From: Octopus bimaculoides
Taxonomy: Eukaryota
Assembly: GCF_001194135.2 (NCBI RefSeq)
Contig: NC_068997.1
Coordinates: forward strand, 17,570,978-17,634,682
Length of the DNA stretch: 63,705 bases
Direction of reading: 5' to 3'
Below the pieces are notes generated by a model that saw nothing but the letters and a program-made list of their open reading frames with translations, did no database searches and was not told the origin of the DNA. The first letter of the stretch is position 1, and each line of letters opens with the position of its first letter. This document shows, one piece after another, positions 51,080 through 63,705 of the stretch. Both the position numbers and the translations under genes were made by a program.

Positions 51080-51128
51080 GAAATTTCAAGGAAGAAGCCT
51101 TGGTTCTAGGCTAGAAACCGGTTCTTTC
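51080..51128 (+). other. Hammerhead-shaped scaffold lacking a recognisable CUGA core
   Basis: gaaa...AGCCU ugguucu AGGCU a GAAAC CG GUU cuuuc: perfect 5-bp stem, then GAAAC with palindromic AACCGGUU; the 5' core reads uuucaaggaaga. Confidence 0.3.
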
Positions 51129-51601
51129 TCTATTGGCAAGAAATCTAGAAATAGAACTAAATAAGAGCATACATACATACATACATACATACATACATGA
51201 GTATATACGCGTATATAGCAATGGGTATACATGTGTAAGTGTGGATGTGTTTGCAACTATATATTGATAAATATGCCATAAAAACTTAGATTATCAGGAT
51301 CGGGATGTTTTTAGGAAAATTATTAATTATACCACGACCCTGTAAATACGAAAACATAAATAAGAATATTATCTTAAGATTTTTGCCAGGAACCAGCAGG
51401 GTTATGTTAGTGAAAATTTTACCAAGGTTCCATACTGATAAACATACATGTGTATAGAATGAATCTTTTTGAACTGCATAAATAACAAATATTATGTTGA
51501 TTTAAACATTGAAAACAGCTGACAAAATACTTGCAATTCCAGTAATTACTGTAGAGAAGTAATAAAAACAAATACATAAATAGGTAGTTAGATACCTCAT
51601 C

Positions 51602-51648
<47 letters not shown>

Positions 51649-52653
51649 NNNNNNNNNNNNNNNNNNNNNNNNNNNNNNNNNNNNNNNNNNNNNNNNNNNN
51701 NNNNNNNNNNNNNNNNNNNNNNNNNNNNNNNNNNNNNNNNNNNNNNNNNNNNNNNNNNNNNNNNNNNNNNNNNNNNNNNNNNNNNNNNNNNNNNNNNNNN
51801 NNNNNNNNNNNNNNNNNNNNNNNNNNNNNNNNNNNNNNNNNNNNNNNNNNNNNNNNNNNNNNNNNNNNNNNNNNNNNNNNNNNNNNNNNNNNNNNNNNNN
51901 NNNNNNNNNNNNNNNNNNNNNNNNNNNNNNNNNNNNNNNNNNNNNNNNNNNNNNNNNNNNNNNNNNNNNNNNNNNNNNNNNNNNNNNNNNNNNNNNNNNN
52001 NNNNNNNNNNNNNNNNNNNNNNNNNNNNNNNNNNNNNNNNNNNNNNNNNNNNNNNNNNNNNNNNNNNNNNNNNNNNNNNNNNNNNNNNNNNNNNNNNNNN
52101 NNNNNNNNNNNNNNNNNNNNNNNNNNNNNNNNNNNNNNNNNNNNNNNNNNNNNNNNNNNNNNNNNNNNNNNNNNNNNNNNNNNNNNNNNNNNNNNNNNNN
52201 NNNNNNNNNNNNNNNNNNNNNNNNNNNNNNNNNNNNNNNNNNNNNNNNNNNNNNNNNNNNNNNNNNNNNNNNNNNNNNNNNNNNNNNNNNNNNNNNNNNN
52301 NNNNNNNNNNNNNNNNNNNNNNNNNNNNNNNNNNNNNNNNNNNNNNNNNNNNNNNNNNNNNNNNNNNNNNNNNNNNNNNNNNNNNNNNNNNNNNNNNNNN
52401 NNNNNNNNNNNNNNNNNNNNNNNNNNNNNNNNNNNNNNNNNNNNNNNNNNNNNNNNNNNNNNNNNNNNNNNNNNNNNNNNNNNNNNNNNNATATATATAT
52501 ATATATACATATGTATATTTACATACCTCGTTGTCTAGCTGAAAATTATTTAAGGAATTAGTGACGTTCGTGAGCAAGTTGGATTATTACTGGGATGTGG
52601 ATATTATCATCATCATCAATTTCATTATTATTTTCGTTGTTATAATTATTATT

Positions 52654-52866
52654 AAGGCAGAATCGTGAGCACGCCGGGCAAAAGTCTTAACGGCATTTCG
52701 TCCGTTTTTACGTTTTGACTTAAAATTCCAGAGGTCGTCTTCGGATATTATCCTTTCGCAGTCAACGAAATACAGTACCAGTCAAATACTGGGTCGATGT
52801 AATCGAATACTTCATTCTCCAGTTTGAGACCTTGTACCTATAGTACTTATAGAAATTATTATTATT
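52654..52866 (+). mobile_element. Degenerate family A SINE
   Basis: ggcagaatcgtgagcacgccgggcaaaag...cagtaccagtcaaatactgggtcgatgtaatcga..., with ATT repeats on both sides. Confidence 0.75.
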
Positions 52867-53076
52867 GCTAAAGAGCTTACATGTAGATCCTTTAGAACAC
52901 CGAACAAAATGCTGGGTAATATTTTTTCCATTAGTTTATAATGTAAGTTGATCACTATTGCTTTAATATAATAATGTAAAAACCTACTTTGGGGGCTGGA
53001 ATCGAAGTTACGTAATTCATTTTAAATTGTTTGGCATTGTGCTCTCATTTAGTTTATCCTATTATGTGGATTACAG

Positions 53077-53200
53077 CATAAGATCGGTTCATCTGAAAAA
53101 GGAGACTTGGTGATTAAAGATTGTAAATCAAAGAACATCCGAAAGAAAGAAATACCGTGCACTCACTGCGAAGTATATCTCTGTCTGCCAAGGAAAGATC
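53077..53200 (+). mobile_element. Possible piggyBac transposase C-terminal cysteine-rich domain remnant
   Basis: Open frame HKIGSSEKGDLVIKDCKSKNIRKKEIPCTHCEVYLCLP resembles the C..K..RK.T.Y.C..C.V.LC pattern of piggyBac CRDs; no TIR found. Confidence 0.4.
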
Positions 53201-53557
53201 CACAACTTATGACGAAGAATCACCTATATGTTGGGCTCTAACCTAACTCGGCAACCGAAGTAAAAATAATTTATAGCTTTTCCTTAGGAAAGCAAAGCTA
53301 TGAAATATATAACATACACAAAGATTATCCCCCAAAATGCAATGCACCAGAGAGAGATACAACAACAGTTTAAACAGCATACGAAAATTAAAATAGTTCA
53401 AAGCTTAGATTGACCTCCAGAAGTATTATATTCCAAAGTTACAGAAACGAGGACGTCTCAGCAGCCCAGAACAGCATAAAAAGAAATCGAATCACGTCTT
53501 TCGTGGTATTCTTAGAGGCAGCAATTTTCAGGAAGCCGTCGTGTATGTATGTATGTT

Positions 53558-53588
<31 letters not shown>

Positions 53589-53617
53589 TTCGTATAATTG
53601 AGCGACACCACAAACTA

Positions 53618-53785
53618 CCCTGTAAAGGAACTCGACGGCAGGTTCATTCATAGTCGAGTGGACTGGATTACGGCAACGTGAAATGAAATATTTCTCTCTA
53701 GAATGCAACGAACTCCTAGTTCTGGGTTTCAAAACTATGATCTTGTGATGGAGACTGCGACGCTCAACAACAGAACCATGCACCT
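53618..53785 (-). mobile_element. Degenerate family C (CORE-like) SINE 5' part
   Basis: Minus strand aggtgcatggttctgttgttgagcgtcgcagtc...cgttgcattctagagag..atttcatttcacgttgc..ccagtccactcgact. Confidence 0.6.
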
Positions 53786-53875
53786 ATACATACCCACACA
53801 TGTGTGTGCGTGTATTTGTGTGTATGTGAGTGATTGCGAGTGAGTTTGAGCATATATATATATATATGCATACAC

Positions 53876-54020
53876 ATTCTTTTATTCTTTTATTTTTTGT
53901 AAGCTTAGTAATTATTCTTTCGGCGTCCTTTGTCGAACCGCTAGATTACGGGGACGTAGACACGCCAACATTGCTTGTCAAGCGATGAGGGGGGGGGGTG
54001 GACAAACACGGACACACAAA
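53876..54020 (-). mobile_element. Family B SINE 3' half with deletion
   Basis: gcttagtaattattctttcggcgtcctttgtcgaaccgct..gggacgtagacacgccaac..gcttgtcaagcgatg..ggacaaacacggacac. Confidence 0.8.
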
Positions 54021-54029
54021 CATATATAT

Positions 54030-54064
<35 letters not shown>

Positions 54065-54314
54065 CATATATGTACATGTATATGTATATATATATTTGTA
54101 CATACATAGGATCGTTTGTATAAATACATAAACCCGGAGAAGTACACTAGAAAATGTAGAGAAGTGGACTACCCCACTAAAATATTTGTACATATGTATG
54201 TGCGTTCGTGTGTGTGTGTGTGTGTGTGCGTGTGTGTGTGTGTGCGTGTGTGTGTGTGTATGTGTGTGTATGTGTGTGTGTGTGCGTGCGTGCGTATTTA
54301 TATATTATATAAAC

Positions 54315-54597
54315 ATGGTGCCCTCTCCAGTCGAAGTCGGCGTATAGGCGTTTAGGTTTTCCCGGAGAACTTGCACAAATGATTTGTTTTTAGCGATCAA
54401 ATGTTCGTGCTGCACATTAGGTCACTCTCTCCATCAAATCAACGTTGTCTGACAAGTGTACGCTGTGCCGCGCGTCACTTGTGGAAGTGATTGCAAACGA
54501 ACGTGTTTTGCTCAGAAATACACAACACCAACCGATCTAAAAATTGAACTCACGATCTAATGATCGTAAATGCAATACGCTAACCACTGGGTTATAT
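54315..54597 (-). mobile_element. Degenerate tRNA/CORE-like SINE
   Basis: Minus strand taacccagtggttagcgtattgc...gtgagttcaatt...gtgtgttgtgtatttctgagcaaaacacg. Confidence 0.65.
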
Positions 54598-54619
54598 GTG
54601 TGTATAGATGCATATGTCA

Positions 54620-54770
54620 GATGAATTTGTGATTGGTTTTCTAGTTTCCTCTTCCGATTGACAACCAGTATTGGTCTGTTTAATATTAAATGCGGTGAAT
54701 TGCAAGACAAAAAAACCCTTCGAGATTTTGCCCCACAATGGCCAGCGGCCGATGATCGAATTATGTAGAG
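54620..54770 (+). mobile_element. Old family-B-related SINE 3' fragment
   Basis: gattgacaaccagtattggtctgttt and aacccttcgag..gccccacaatggccagc..gatgatcgaa resemble the family B body and tail. Confidence 0.45.
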
Positions 54771-55153
54771 GGATACATAAATACACTAACATAAATCCAC
54801 GCAAACACACACACGCATTAATTTATTGTATGTTTAGAACTTTTAGATTAAAATATGCACAAGTAAATTTTATTTTAGTTATTTACACAATTATTATTTT
54901 GATCTGGTAATTAGACATTCTTTGAGGTTTATTTATTATCTTCTTTTTTCATTAATTTAAAAAAAAAATTCTCGTAGTATATATAATTTACGAGTATAGG
55001 TTAATGCATGAATATCATTTACGAAGCTCTGAATATGCCCATATATACGAATTGATGTAATATATGTATGCAAAATGTATCTATGTATACATGTATGTAT
55101 GTATGCATGTATGTATACATATATATATATATATATATATATANNNNNNNNNN

Positions 55154-55195
<42 letters not shown>

Positions 55196-55222
55196 CGTAC
55201 ATACACACAGATATGTATATAT

Positions 55223-55253
<31 letters not shown>

Positions 55254-55345
55254 CTTATATGTCTATACTTCATGTCTATATATGTCTACATACATGTTTA
55301 TGTTTGTAAGTATGCATGCGTGTATGTTATATGCATAAATTTGTA

Positions 55346-55391
<46 letters not shown>

Positions 55392-55647
55392 CGTGTGAAT
55401 TCCCTCATACAAATTCAGATACGCATTTAGACATTTACCATATATATTTTAGCAATCACTTAAAAAGTAAATATCTCTAATGGTTTGGTAGGTAACCCCA
55501 AAATGTGATTATAAAAGATCCATAAAAAGAAATAATTGAGGATATATGACTATTTAACTCTACATAATGTGCTTCGTCTCAGTCTCCTTCTCTCTCACTC
55601 ACTCCATCTATAAATATTTATCTCTATTGAATACTGCTCTAAACCAG

Positions 55648-55724
<77 letters not shown>

Positions 55725-56043
55725 AAAAATTTTATGTCACTATATGTATTTCTGACTCTCTACACTTCATTATTACTTTAAGTTTACATTGCAACACAGC
55801 TCTTCCAATTTTACATTATATTTCCCTCACATTATTGCTTTTATTTGTCAATCTCTCTCGACGAGTTATCGCACGCTGTCTTCTAAATGTCTACTTTTAA
55901 TCTCAGGTTTTACTCACACAATCGTTCTTCTCTTTCTCTCTCCCCTTATGTATATACATACATACATACATACATATACACATATATGTGTATTAATATA
56001 TATGCGTGTATGTGGGTGTATGAGTGTGAATACATACATATAA

Positions 56044-56084
<41 letters not shown>

Positions 56085-57569
56085 TATATGTATATAATTN
56101 NNNNNNNNNNNNNNNNNNNNNNNNNNNNNNNNNNNNNNNNNNNNNNNNNNNNNNNNNNNNNNNNNNNNNNNNNNNNNNNNNNNNNNNNNNNNNNNNNNNN
56201 NNNNNNNNNNNNNNNNNNNNNNNNNNNNNNNNNNNNNNNNNNNNNNNNNNNNNNNNNNNNNNNNNNNNNNNNNNNNNNNNNNNNNNNNNNNNNNNNNNNN
56301 NNNNNNNNNNNNNNNNNNNNNNNNNNNNNNNNNNNNNNNNNNNNNNNNNNNNNNNNNNNNNNNNNNNNNNNNNNNNNNNNNNNNNNNNNNNNNNNNNNNN
56401 NNNNNNNNNNNNNNNNNNNNNNNNNNNNNNNNNNNNNNNNNNNNNNNNNNNNNNNNNNNNNNNNNNNNNNNNNNNNNNNNNNATTTAAATATACATACAT
56501 ATATAATCATACATGCATATATGTGTGTATGTATGTCCGTTTGTGTGTGTGTCTGTGTGTGCCTGTCTACCTACTTTTTCCTCTCATTTCCTACCTCCAT
56601 CCTTTTTTTTTTATAGTTCGATCTTTCCCATGTTTAATTTATCTCGATTTTTTTTTTCTTTTTGATTTTGAGGGTGTTTCTTTTACAATGTATTTTTCTA
56701 CCGCTTCTTATTACTAATATTTTTTTTCTTCCAAACTTAATCGTTATATTTCTATTTAAGTCTCATGTACCTTTTCTAAAATATGATCAGAGACACCTGA
56801 AAAAGATTTCAAAGGAGAAAAAAAAACGCATTAAATGATTATCCTGAGAAAAAAATATTCATAAGTATAATGTAATATATGTGTGTTTGTGTATATATGT
56901 GTGGTTGTGTGTTTGTATGCATCTGTGTGTGAGAGATAGAGAAGGATAGAAAGAGAGAGAGAGACTTACACAGAGATAGAGATAGACAGAGTGCAAGAGT
57001 CTGTATCCGTATATGTCTGTTTTGTGTGTTCGTATGAAGCAACGTAAGTATATAGAGCTACGTTCCTATTGATACGCGTATGTGTAAATGTACGTATTAG
57101 TATATTTCTGAAATAAAAATCGATGTTTGTTAGGTTACGGATGTAAGAAAAGACGAAATTAATGGAAAAGTATTCGACAGGAATTAGTCGTCACTTAGTC
57201 AAATTCGGAAACGAAATACTTGGAAGTGATTTTCTCTTTTTATCTCTATGTATATTTATTCATTTATTTAACATTTGTTATGTTATATACATATGCACGT
57301 TGTATATATGTGTGTGTATACGCATATATATTTATATATACATACACATACGTGTCCTTTCTTATGAACGCAGTTACGGTTGTAGGTTTGTACGTGTGAG
57401 GGTATGAGTACCTATAGTGGAAAGCTTGTAGCTACATCTTAACTTGGTTAATATAAAGATAAAATAAATCTTCTAATCTATATGTCGTTAAAAGTGTGTA
57501 GTCTTCTTACATTTATATGCTATGTCCGTGTTTTTCTGTGCCACAAACACAAAGTCACACGCTTACATA

Positions 57570-57627
57570 TTTGAATTTTGGGGACAGAAGCTGTGTGGAA
57601 TCCCGTCGTATCTATATACATACGCGT

Positions 57628-57675
<48 letters not shown>

Positions 57676-57880
57676 CTGTGCATCTTTGTGTCTCTCTCTG
57701 CACAGCTTGTAATCTGCTGTAGGTTTTTTCTGTTCTACGTCACTATAATATAACGGTTCCTCGAAATTCTTCAAAAGTACCCGTAAGAAACTTCATAAAG
57801 TTTCGGATTTGATGGAGTTAATACTTTAATGTGGCACCCTAGTATGGCCATAGACCAATGACTGGAAGGATTCAACTGAA
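57570..57880 (+). mobile_element. Old family-B-related SINE with internal (GT)n
   Basis: gacagaagctgtgtggaatcccgtcgta, then (GT)n, then a decayed body ending gtggcaccctagtatggccatagaccaatgactggaag. Confidence 0.5.
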
Positions 57881-58646
57881 CAAGCCATCGACATAGACAG
57901 ACTGACAAAGAAATTGATAGATAGATAGATAGATAGATAACTAAAATGAAACTTCCTTTTCTATGTATGAGTATTTATCCATCTTACTATAAAAAGAAAT
58001 CAATTTTATATTCAAGATGTTCGGTCGGACTTAAGCACTCTGGGTGTGTCTTTGCACGTGTTCCTGTGTGTCTGTACACAAAACTTATACTAGCTTTGAA
58101 AAAAAGAAGCAATTACATTTGTTTAGTTTCAGAGTTCTCTGAAACTGACTCTCAGAAGCAGGGAGGTACTGGTCACCAATATATGAAGGTCTGCTATATC
58201 AATGAAGTCTCTCTCTGTGGTTAAAAAAATATTGTGTAAACTTAATTTGTTTCCAGAAAAAGAAACGCAACTTCAAAACGTATATTCATGACCAAGTCTA
58301 CGGCTAAATGATAAATTGAATAGAAAAGATCTTCTGAGCTTATCAAATACTTTTGCTGAGATATTATGACCACAAGGCAAGCTCATGTCACACAATAAAG
58401 AGTTTTTATTGTTTTGGTCTTTCACAACAATATCGTGATTAGTAGCTTTGACGGTCTATTCTCTATATACGTGAATGTCCCAAAGAATCATTACATTTTT
58501 TTTCCTCATTTGCAACCCCAGGATGGTGCTTGTACCATTTGTCAGCCGTTTTGATTTTATAATGCCGATATATTATCGAGTGTAGATATTGGCCACCTCT
58601 GGTATGTCTAAGTTTCTATTCTACTGGTGCCAAAACCTTAAAAACA

Positions 58647-58706
<60 letters not shown>

Positions 58707-58709
58707 TTT

Positions 58710-58925
58710 GTGAGCCGGCGGTACCGTTAGCACACCAAGCAAATGCATAGCGTGCTTTCGTCCGTCTTTACGCTCTAACTTCAAAATTCTGCCGAGTTTC
58801 ACGTTGCCTTCCGTACTTTCTGGGTTCAAAAATAAATACCAGTTGAGCACTTGGGTAAATGGAAACGACTTACCCCCTCTTCTAACTTGCTGGCCTTATG
58901 CCAAAATTTGAAATTAATATCATTG
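58710..58925 (+). mobile_element. Degenerate family A SINE preceded by (ATT)n 58648-58706
   Basis: gtgagccggcggtaccgttagcacacc..aaatgcatagcg..ttcgtccgtctttacg...aaataccagttgagcac...gctggccttatgccaaaatttgaa. Confidence 0.72.
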
Positions 58926-59626
58926 TTATTGTTGATATTCTTCTTGTTGTAGTTTTTGTTGTTAATGTTATTATCATTGTTAATCTGGTTTTCATCGACG
59001 GAAATATTTAACGGCCATATCTCTTATTTTTCTAGGTGAAACATAGTTCAGTTCTAGAGCATTTCATTAAGAGATAGGATATATGAACGTCCTTGACGCA
59101 TCCATTATCTTTGCTGTTTCCTTTACAAAGAAAAAAAACATAAGGGACAACAATAACAACAAAATAAATTTTGCTTGTCTATGTGAAAGATTAACCTTGT
59201 GTGTCCTATATTTTAAGAGTAAATTCAAACCATGAACATTGGAGAATTTACAAGCCAGAACGTTCTTTCTATTCATTTCATCAACATATGGCATAGATAG
59301 AAGTAAAGTGCATCCCACAGTCGATAATTGGAACCAGAATTGACATAAAAAGAAGAAGAATAGAAAAAGAAATAAGAAATGGAGATAGCTTTCATGAATT
59401 GAGGAAAGAAAATATAGGGTGAAAGGAAAGGAAAAAGAAAAAAAAGTACAGAAAGAAATATAGGCAGAAAAGAAAAAGGACAAAAGAATGTAAGGGAAAT
59501 ACAGATAAAGGGGGAACCGATATTGTCTTTTATATTTTATTTCTATCATAGATTTTCTGTTTTCATTTCGGTGTTGCTTGAGTGAGTGAGTGAGTGAAAT
59601 GCAAATAGAAAGTGAGTGAAGTACTA

Positions 59627-59629
<3 letters not shown>

Positions 59630-59718
<89 letters not shown>

Positions 59719-59977
59719 GGAGAGACAGGGAGAAAGGTGGGTGGGAGACAGAAACATGACGCAGGAAAAAGACAATGTTGGGAGTGAAGGGATGATTGAA
59801 ATGATTAAGAGTAATAATAGAAAATAATAATAATAACAGAAAATAATAATAATAATAATCATAATAATATAAGGACTTATGTACCTACAGAAAGATATGT
59901 GTATATATGTGTATATATATATATATATACAAATATATATATATAAATGTAAATGCATATATATATATATATGTATA

Positions 59978-60061
<84 letters not shown>

Positions 60062-60164
60062 AGTATATACATATATGTATATATATATATACATATATAT
60101 ATATGTATATGCATATATATATATAAGTATATACATATATGTATATATATATATGTATATATAT

Positions 60165-60220
<56 letters not shown>

Positions 60221-60250
60221 GCATGTAATACACATGCATACAGATACACA
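59630..60250. repeat. (TA)n-(GA)n and a long interrupted (TA)n/(CA)n array
   Basis: Direct reading; explains ORFs 59563-60277. Confidence 0.95.
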
Positions 60251-60837
60251 CAAACGCACACAAACATAGTATGACAATACGAAGGTGTTAAAAGAAAGGA
60301 GTTTTATTTACAGCAATATTATCGTTTTATCGAGCGAAACGTGAGTTATCGTTTTCTTTAAGAAAGAATATCACTTTACAGTGAATTTATTCATTTATTT
60401 ATATTTTATAAATTTTTGTAAGTAGAACAACGGTGAAATTTAAGGATCAACTGCAAAAAATTGAAGTGCGTATATATGCTTGCAGACACACGCATATACA
60501 TATGCAGAAAAACATACACTCAATCACTTACACACACACACACACACAACACGCAACACACACACACACAACACACAACACACACACACACACACTCACA
60601 CACACATACACTCATAGACGGTGTATACCGTTCACGTAACTTCGTGAACATTTTCGGTCAATCAAACACCATTTTGGACTGAGTTTTCGCAATTACTTTT
60701 TGATATATTTGAGACAATGACATAGCCGAAAGTCAAATAATTATTTTATCATACGCTAATTAATTAGAGATTTTTATCGCAAAATTATCCCAATACATGC
60801 ATCCCGGCTGATGCATACGAAAGTCTCTTTTTTATAT

Positions 60838-60999
60838 GCGTAGGAGTGGCTGTGTGGTAAATAGCTTACTTACCAACCACATGGTTCCGGGTTCATTCCC
60901 ACTGCGTGACACCTTGGACAAGTGTCTCCTACTATAGCTTCGGGCTGACCAAAGCCTTGTGAGTGGATTTGGTAGACGGAAACTGAAAGAAGTCCGTCG

Positions 61000-61030
<31 letters not shown>

Positions 61031-61447
61031 NNNNNNNNNNNNNNNNNNNNNNNNNNNNNNNNNNNNNNNNNNNNNNNNNNNNNNNNNNNNNNNNNNNNNN
61101 NNNNNNNNNNNNNNNNNNNNNNNNNNNNNNNNNNNNNNNNNNNNNNNNNNNNNNNNNNNNNNNNNNNNNNNNNNNNNNNNNNNNNNNNNNNNNNNNNNNN
61201 NNNNNTATATATATATATATGTACGTTCGTGCATATGTTTGTGCGTCTGTGTTTGTTCCCCCAGCATCGTTTGCCAACCGATGATGGTGTGTTTACGTCC
61301 CCGTAACTTAACGGTTCGGCAAAAGAGCCCGCTAGAATAAGTACTAGGCTTCCAAAGAATAAGTCCTAGGGTCGATTTGCTCGACTAAAGGCGGTGCTTC
61401 AGCATGGCCGTGGTTAAATAACTGAAAGAAGTAAAAGAGTAAAAGAG
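60838..61447 (+). mobile_element. Full-length family B SINE whose internal (TA)n contains an assembly gap
   Basis: Head gcgtaggagtggctgtgtggtaa to agtccgtcg (about 61000); TA array and gap 61031-61205; body from gtctgtgtttgttcccc; tail aagtaaaagagtaaaagag. Confidence 0.93.
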
Positions 61448-61454
61448 CACAGGT

Positions 61455-62040
61455 ATGACTTTAATCTGTAACCTCATGACAACCTCTGGTTGGAACAGTT
61501 TGGAAGAACGTCTTAGACTCTATACTTCTCAAATAGATTCAGGATCAGATTAGTACCACCTGTGAGGGTGGCAGCTATGAATTAACTAGCATACGAGATG
61601 GCATTCTGTCTGAGTGTGGTGACGCAGAAATACACTTGGTATCAGAATGTGCCGTACAAAAACTGAGGAGTATGGTGTCCCTAGCTATTATCACAGCATC
61701 TTTCTAACTGAGAGTCGCTCTCAAGTATAAACTGAGATTTCTCCTGATTACCTGGCATCTTACTTCTGCCAGTCGCTAGTTATTAATCACGGACATTCAG
61801 AGAGGGTTATTCGTGTTATTCCATTGATGTACACATGTCTCTATCGTTACGTCATTTTCATCACAACTATTGAAAATTCTATGGTGATAGAAAAAACATC
61901 TGAAAGCCTTAGAAAAACCCTACAATCTATATGTATTGCAAAAGCCGGCATTATTGGAACTGGACGCTTTCTGCGTAAATTACTATCTGTCTGAGGTCCT
62001 TGTTGTGACTTGACAAACATTACAAACCCTCAGTAGATAC
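61455..62040 (+). mobile_element. Decayed R4/Dong-type LINE 3' region (zinc knuckle, RLE, 3' UTR)
   Basis: Across frameshifts: IQDQIST, ECGDAEIHLVSECAV (CCHC remnant), LLITW, CYSIDV, EKHLKALEKPYNLYVLQKPALL/GTGRFLRKLLSV*, then tgaggtccttgttgtgacttgac. Confidence 0.7.
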
Positions 62041-62198
62041 GATATATATATTCAATCAACAACCTCACGATATTGTATACTGTGCGACGTCTATAATACT
62101 AGTTATAATCCTTTTTACTATGAAATCTGAGGCGGGGTCTAGTTAATTACATCGACGATAAAATTACTGTTCACTCTGCACTAGTTTTACGCTTTATG

Positions 62199-62229
<31 letters not shown>

Positions 62230-62621
62230 NNNNNNNNNNNNNNNNNNNNNNNNNNNNNNNNNNNNNNNNNNNNNNNNNNNNNNNNNNNNNNNNNNNNNNN
62301 NNNNNNNNNNNNNNNNNNNNNNNNNNNNNNNNNNNNNNNNNNNNNNNNNNNNNNNNNNNNNNNNNNNNNNNNNNNNNNNNNNNNNNNNNNNNNNNNNNNN
62401 NNNNNNNNNNNNNNNNNNNNNNNNNNNNNNNNNNNNNNNNNNNNNNNNNNNNNNNNNNNNNNNNNNNNNNNNNNNNNNNNNNNNNNNNNNNNNNNNNNNN
62501 NNNNNNNNNNNNNNNNNNNNNNNNNNNNNNNNNNNNNNNNNNNNNNNNNNNNNNNNNNNNNNNNNNNNNNNNNNNNNNNNNNNNNNNNNNNNNNNNNNNN
62601 NNNNNNNNNNNNNNNNNNNNN

Positions 62622-62668
<47 letters not shown>

Positions 62669-63071
62669 ATATATTTATAAAATAATTAAACGGTGGCTTA
62701 TTAGCAATTAGAACCTAATGGTAAAATTGCTAGAGGTCACAAAAGTGACAGAGGGTGCTAATTAGCACCGCTTATGCTAAAATAAGTTAAATTCACTCCA
62801 AAGCAACTACTTCCTATTTTAGCATATATATATATATTTATTTATTTATTTGCATTGTTATATTGTTAGATTTCGGGAGGGTCATTTGTCGTGTACTATA
62901 TATTCGATTTATTATTGCTCTTGTTTTATGTCTTGTGTTTGGAAAACTTTCGTCATTCATGCTGTAGCCTCTTCAGCGACTCCTCACCCGACGTGTCTCC
63001 GCTTCTAGTCTGTTTAGCTTATCCACATATATGCATATCTATACACACATACACCCGCACAAACACACACA

Positions 63072-63111
<40 letters not shown>

Positions 63112-63474
63112 CACATATTTATGATCAAATAATCTTAAATCTCCTATAGCAATCTACACTGGAATGTACAGTGTACTTAACCCCATAGTGGTGGCTTAAT
63201 TGGTTATACAAATCTTATTTCGTTTTAAAGAACGCAACGTAAAATAAGTTTATAAGAAAATAAGTGCACATAGTTTAAAACATCAAACATTTGCACCAAC
63301 AAATTTGTTAGCTAAACAAATATTGATGGTTATATGCGGTGTCTACTAGAGTGTAACTCCGCAAGTATTTGTATTTAAATTAGCGCGTACTCGAATGAAT
63401 TCACAAGTAGGTGTGTTCATGTGTTCACCCGTATCTACTGAGTAACATTATCCCCATGAATATATATATATATA

Positions 63475-63705
63475 TACTCTTTTACTCTTTTTTTTTTACT
63501 TGTTTCAGTCTTTTAACTGCGGCCATGCTGGAGCACCGCCTTTAGTCGAGCAAATCGACCCCAGGACTTATTCTTTAGAAGCCTAGTACTTATTCTATCG
63601 GTCTCTTTTGCCGAACCGCAAAGTTACGGGGACATAAACACACCAGCATCGGTTGTCAAGCGATGTTGGGGGGACAAACACAGACACACAAACACATACA
63701 TACAT
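63475..63705 (-). mobile_element. Family B SINE 3' half, continuing past the window end
   Basis: tactcttttactc...acttgtttcagtc..actgcggccatgctggagcaccgcctttagtcgagcaaatcgaccccagg...ggggacaaacacagacac. Confidence 0.93.

Noticed and set aside
58522-58601. 80-nt segment with good acceptor and GTATGT donor
   Set aside because: Stops in all three frames and no other support.
62945-62985. Minus-strand GUCG-CUGAAGA-GGCUACAGC...GACGAAAG
   Set aside because: Helices I and III cannot be closed convincingly.

Overview
AT-rich, microsatellite-saturated eukaryotic DNA from a gapped assembly: 17 N-runs totalling about 5.7 kb, most abutting (TA)n or (CA)n arrays. The repeat content (tRNA-derived SINEs with CORE-like and Meta-like modules, R4/Dong LINEs, Penelope-like RT, Tc1/mariner, hAT) suggests a coleoid cephalopod, probably Octopus; this is inference from recalled repeat families, not a database hit. 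No host protein-coding gene or bona fide RNA gene is recognisable, and almost all listed ORFs are translated microsatellites or gaps. The window is a transposon graveyard: about 30 SINE copies or fragments, 4 R4/Dong and 1 Hero/NeSL-like LINE remnants, a Penelope-like RT fragment with an inverted partial copy, 4 Tc1/mariner remnants, a Buster/Charlie-type hAT remnant and a possible piggyBac remnant. The best lead is at 9658-10085: an element made of a Pol III tRNA-like head, (AAT)25 and a minimal type I hammerhead ribozyme fold, preceded by an inverted partial copy of its own 3' part. This resembles a ribozyme-bearing SINE that may use Penelope machinery. Three further unrelated hammerhead-like folds (35.4, 42.6, 51.1 kb) also have self-complementary helix III segments. 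All family assignments are by eye; no searches or folding programs were run.
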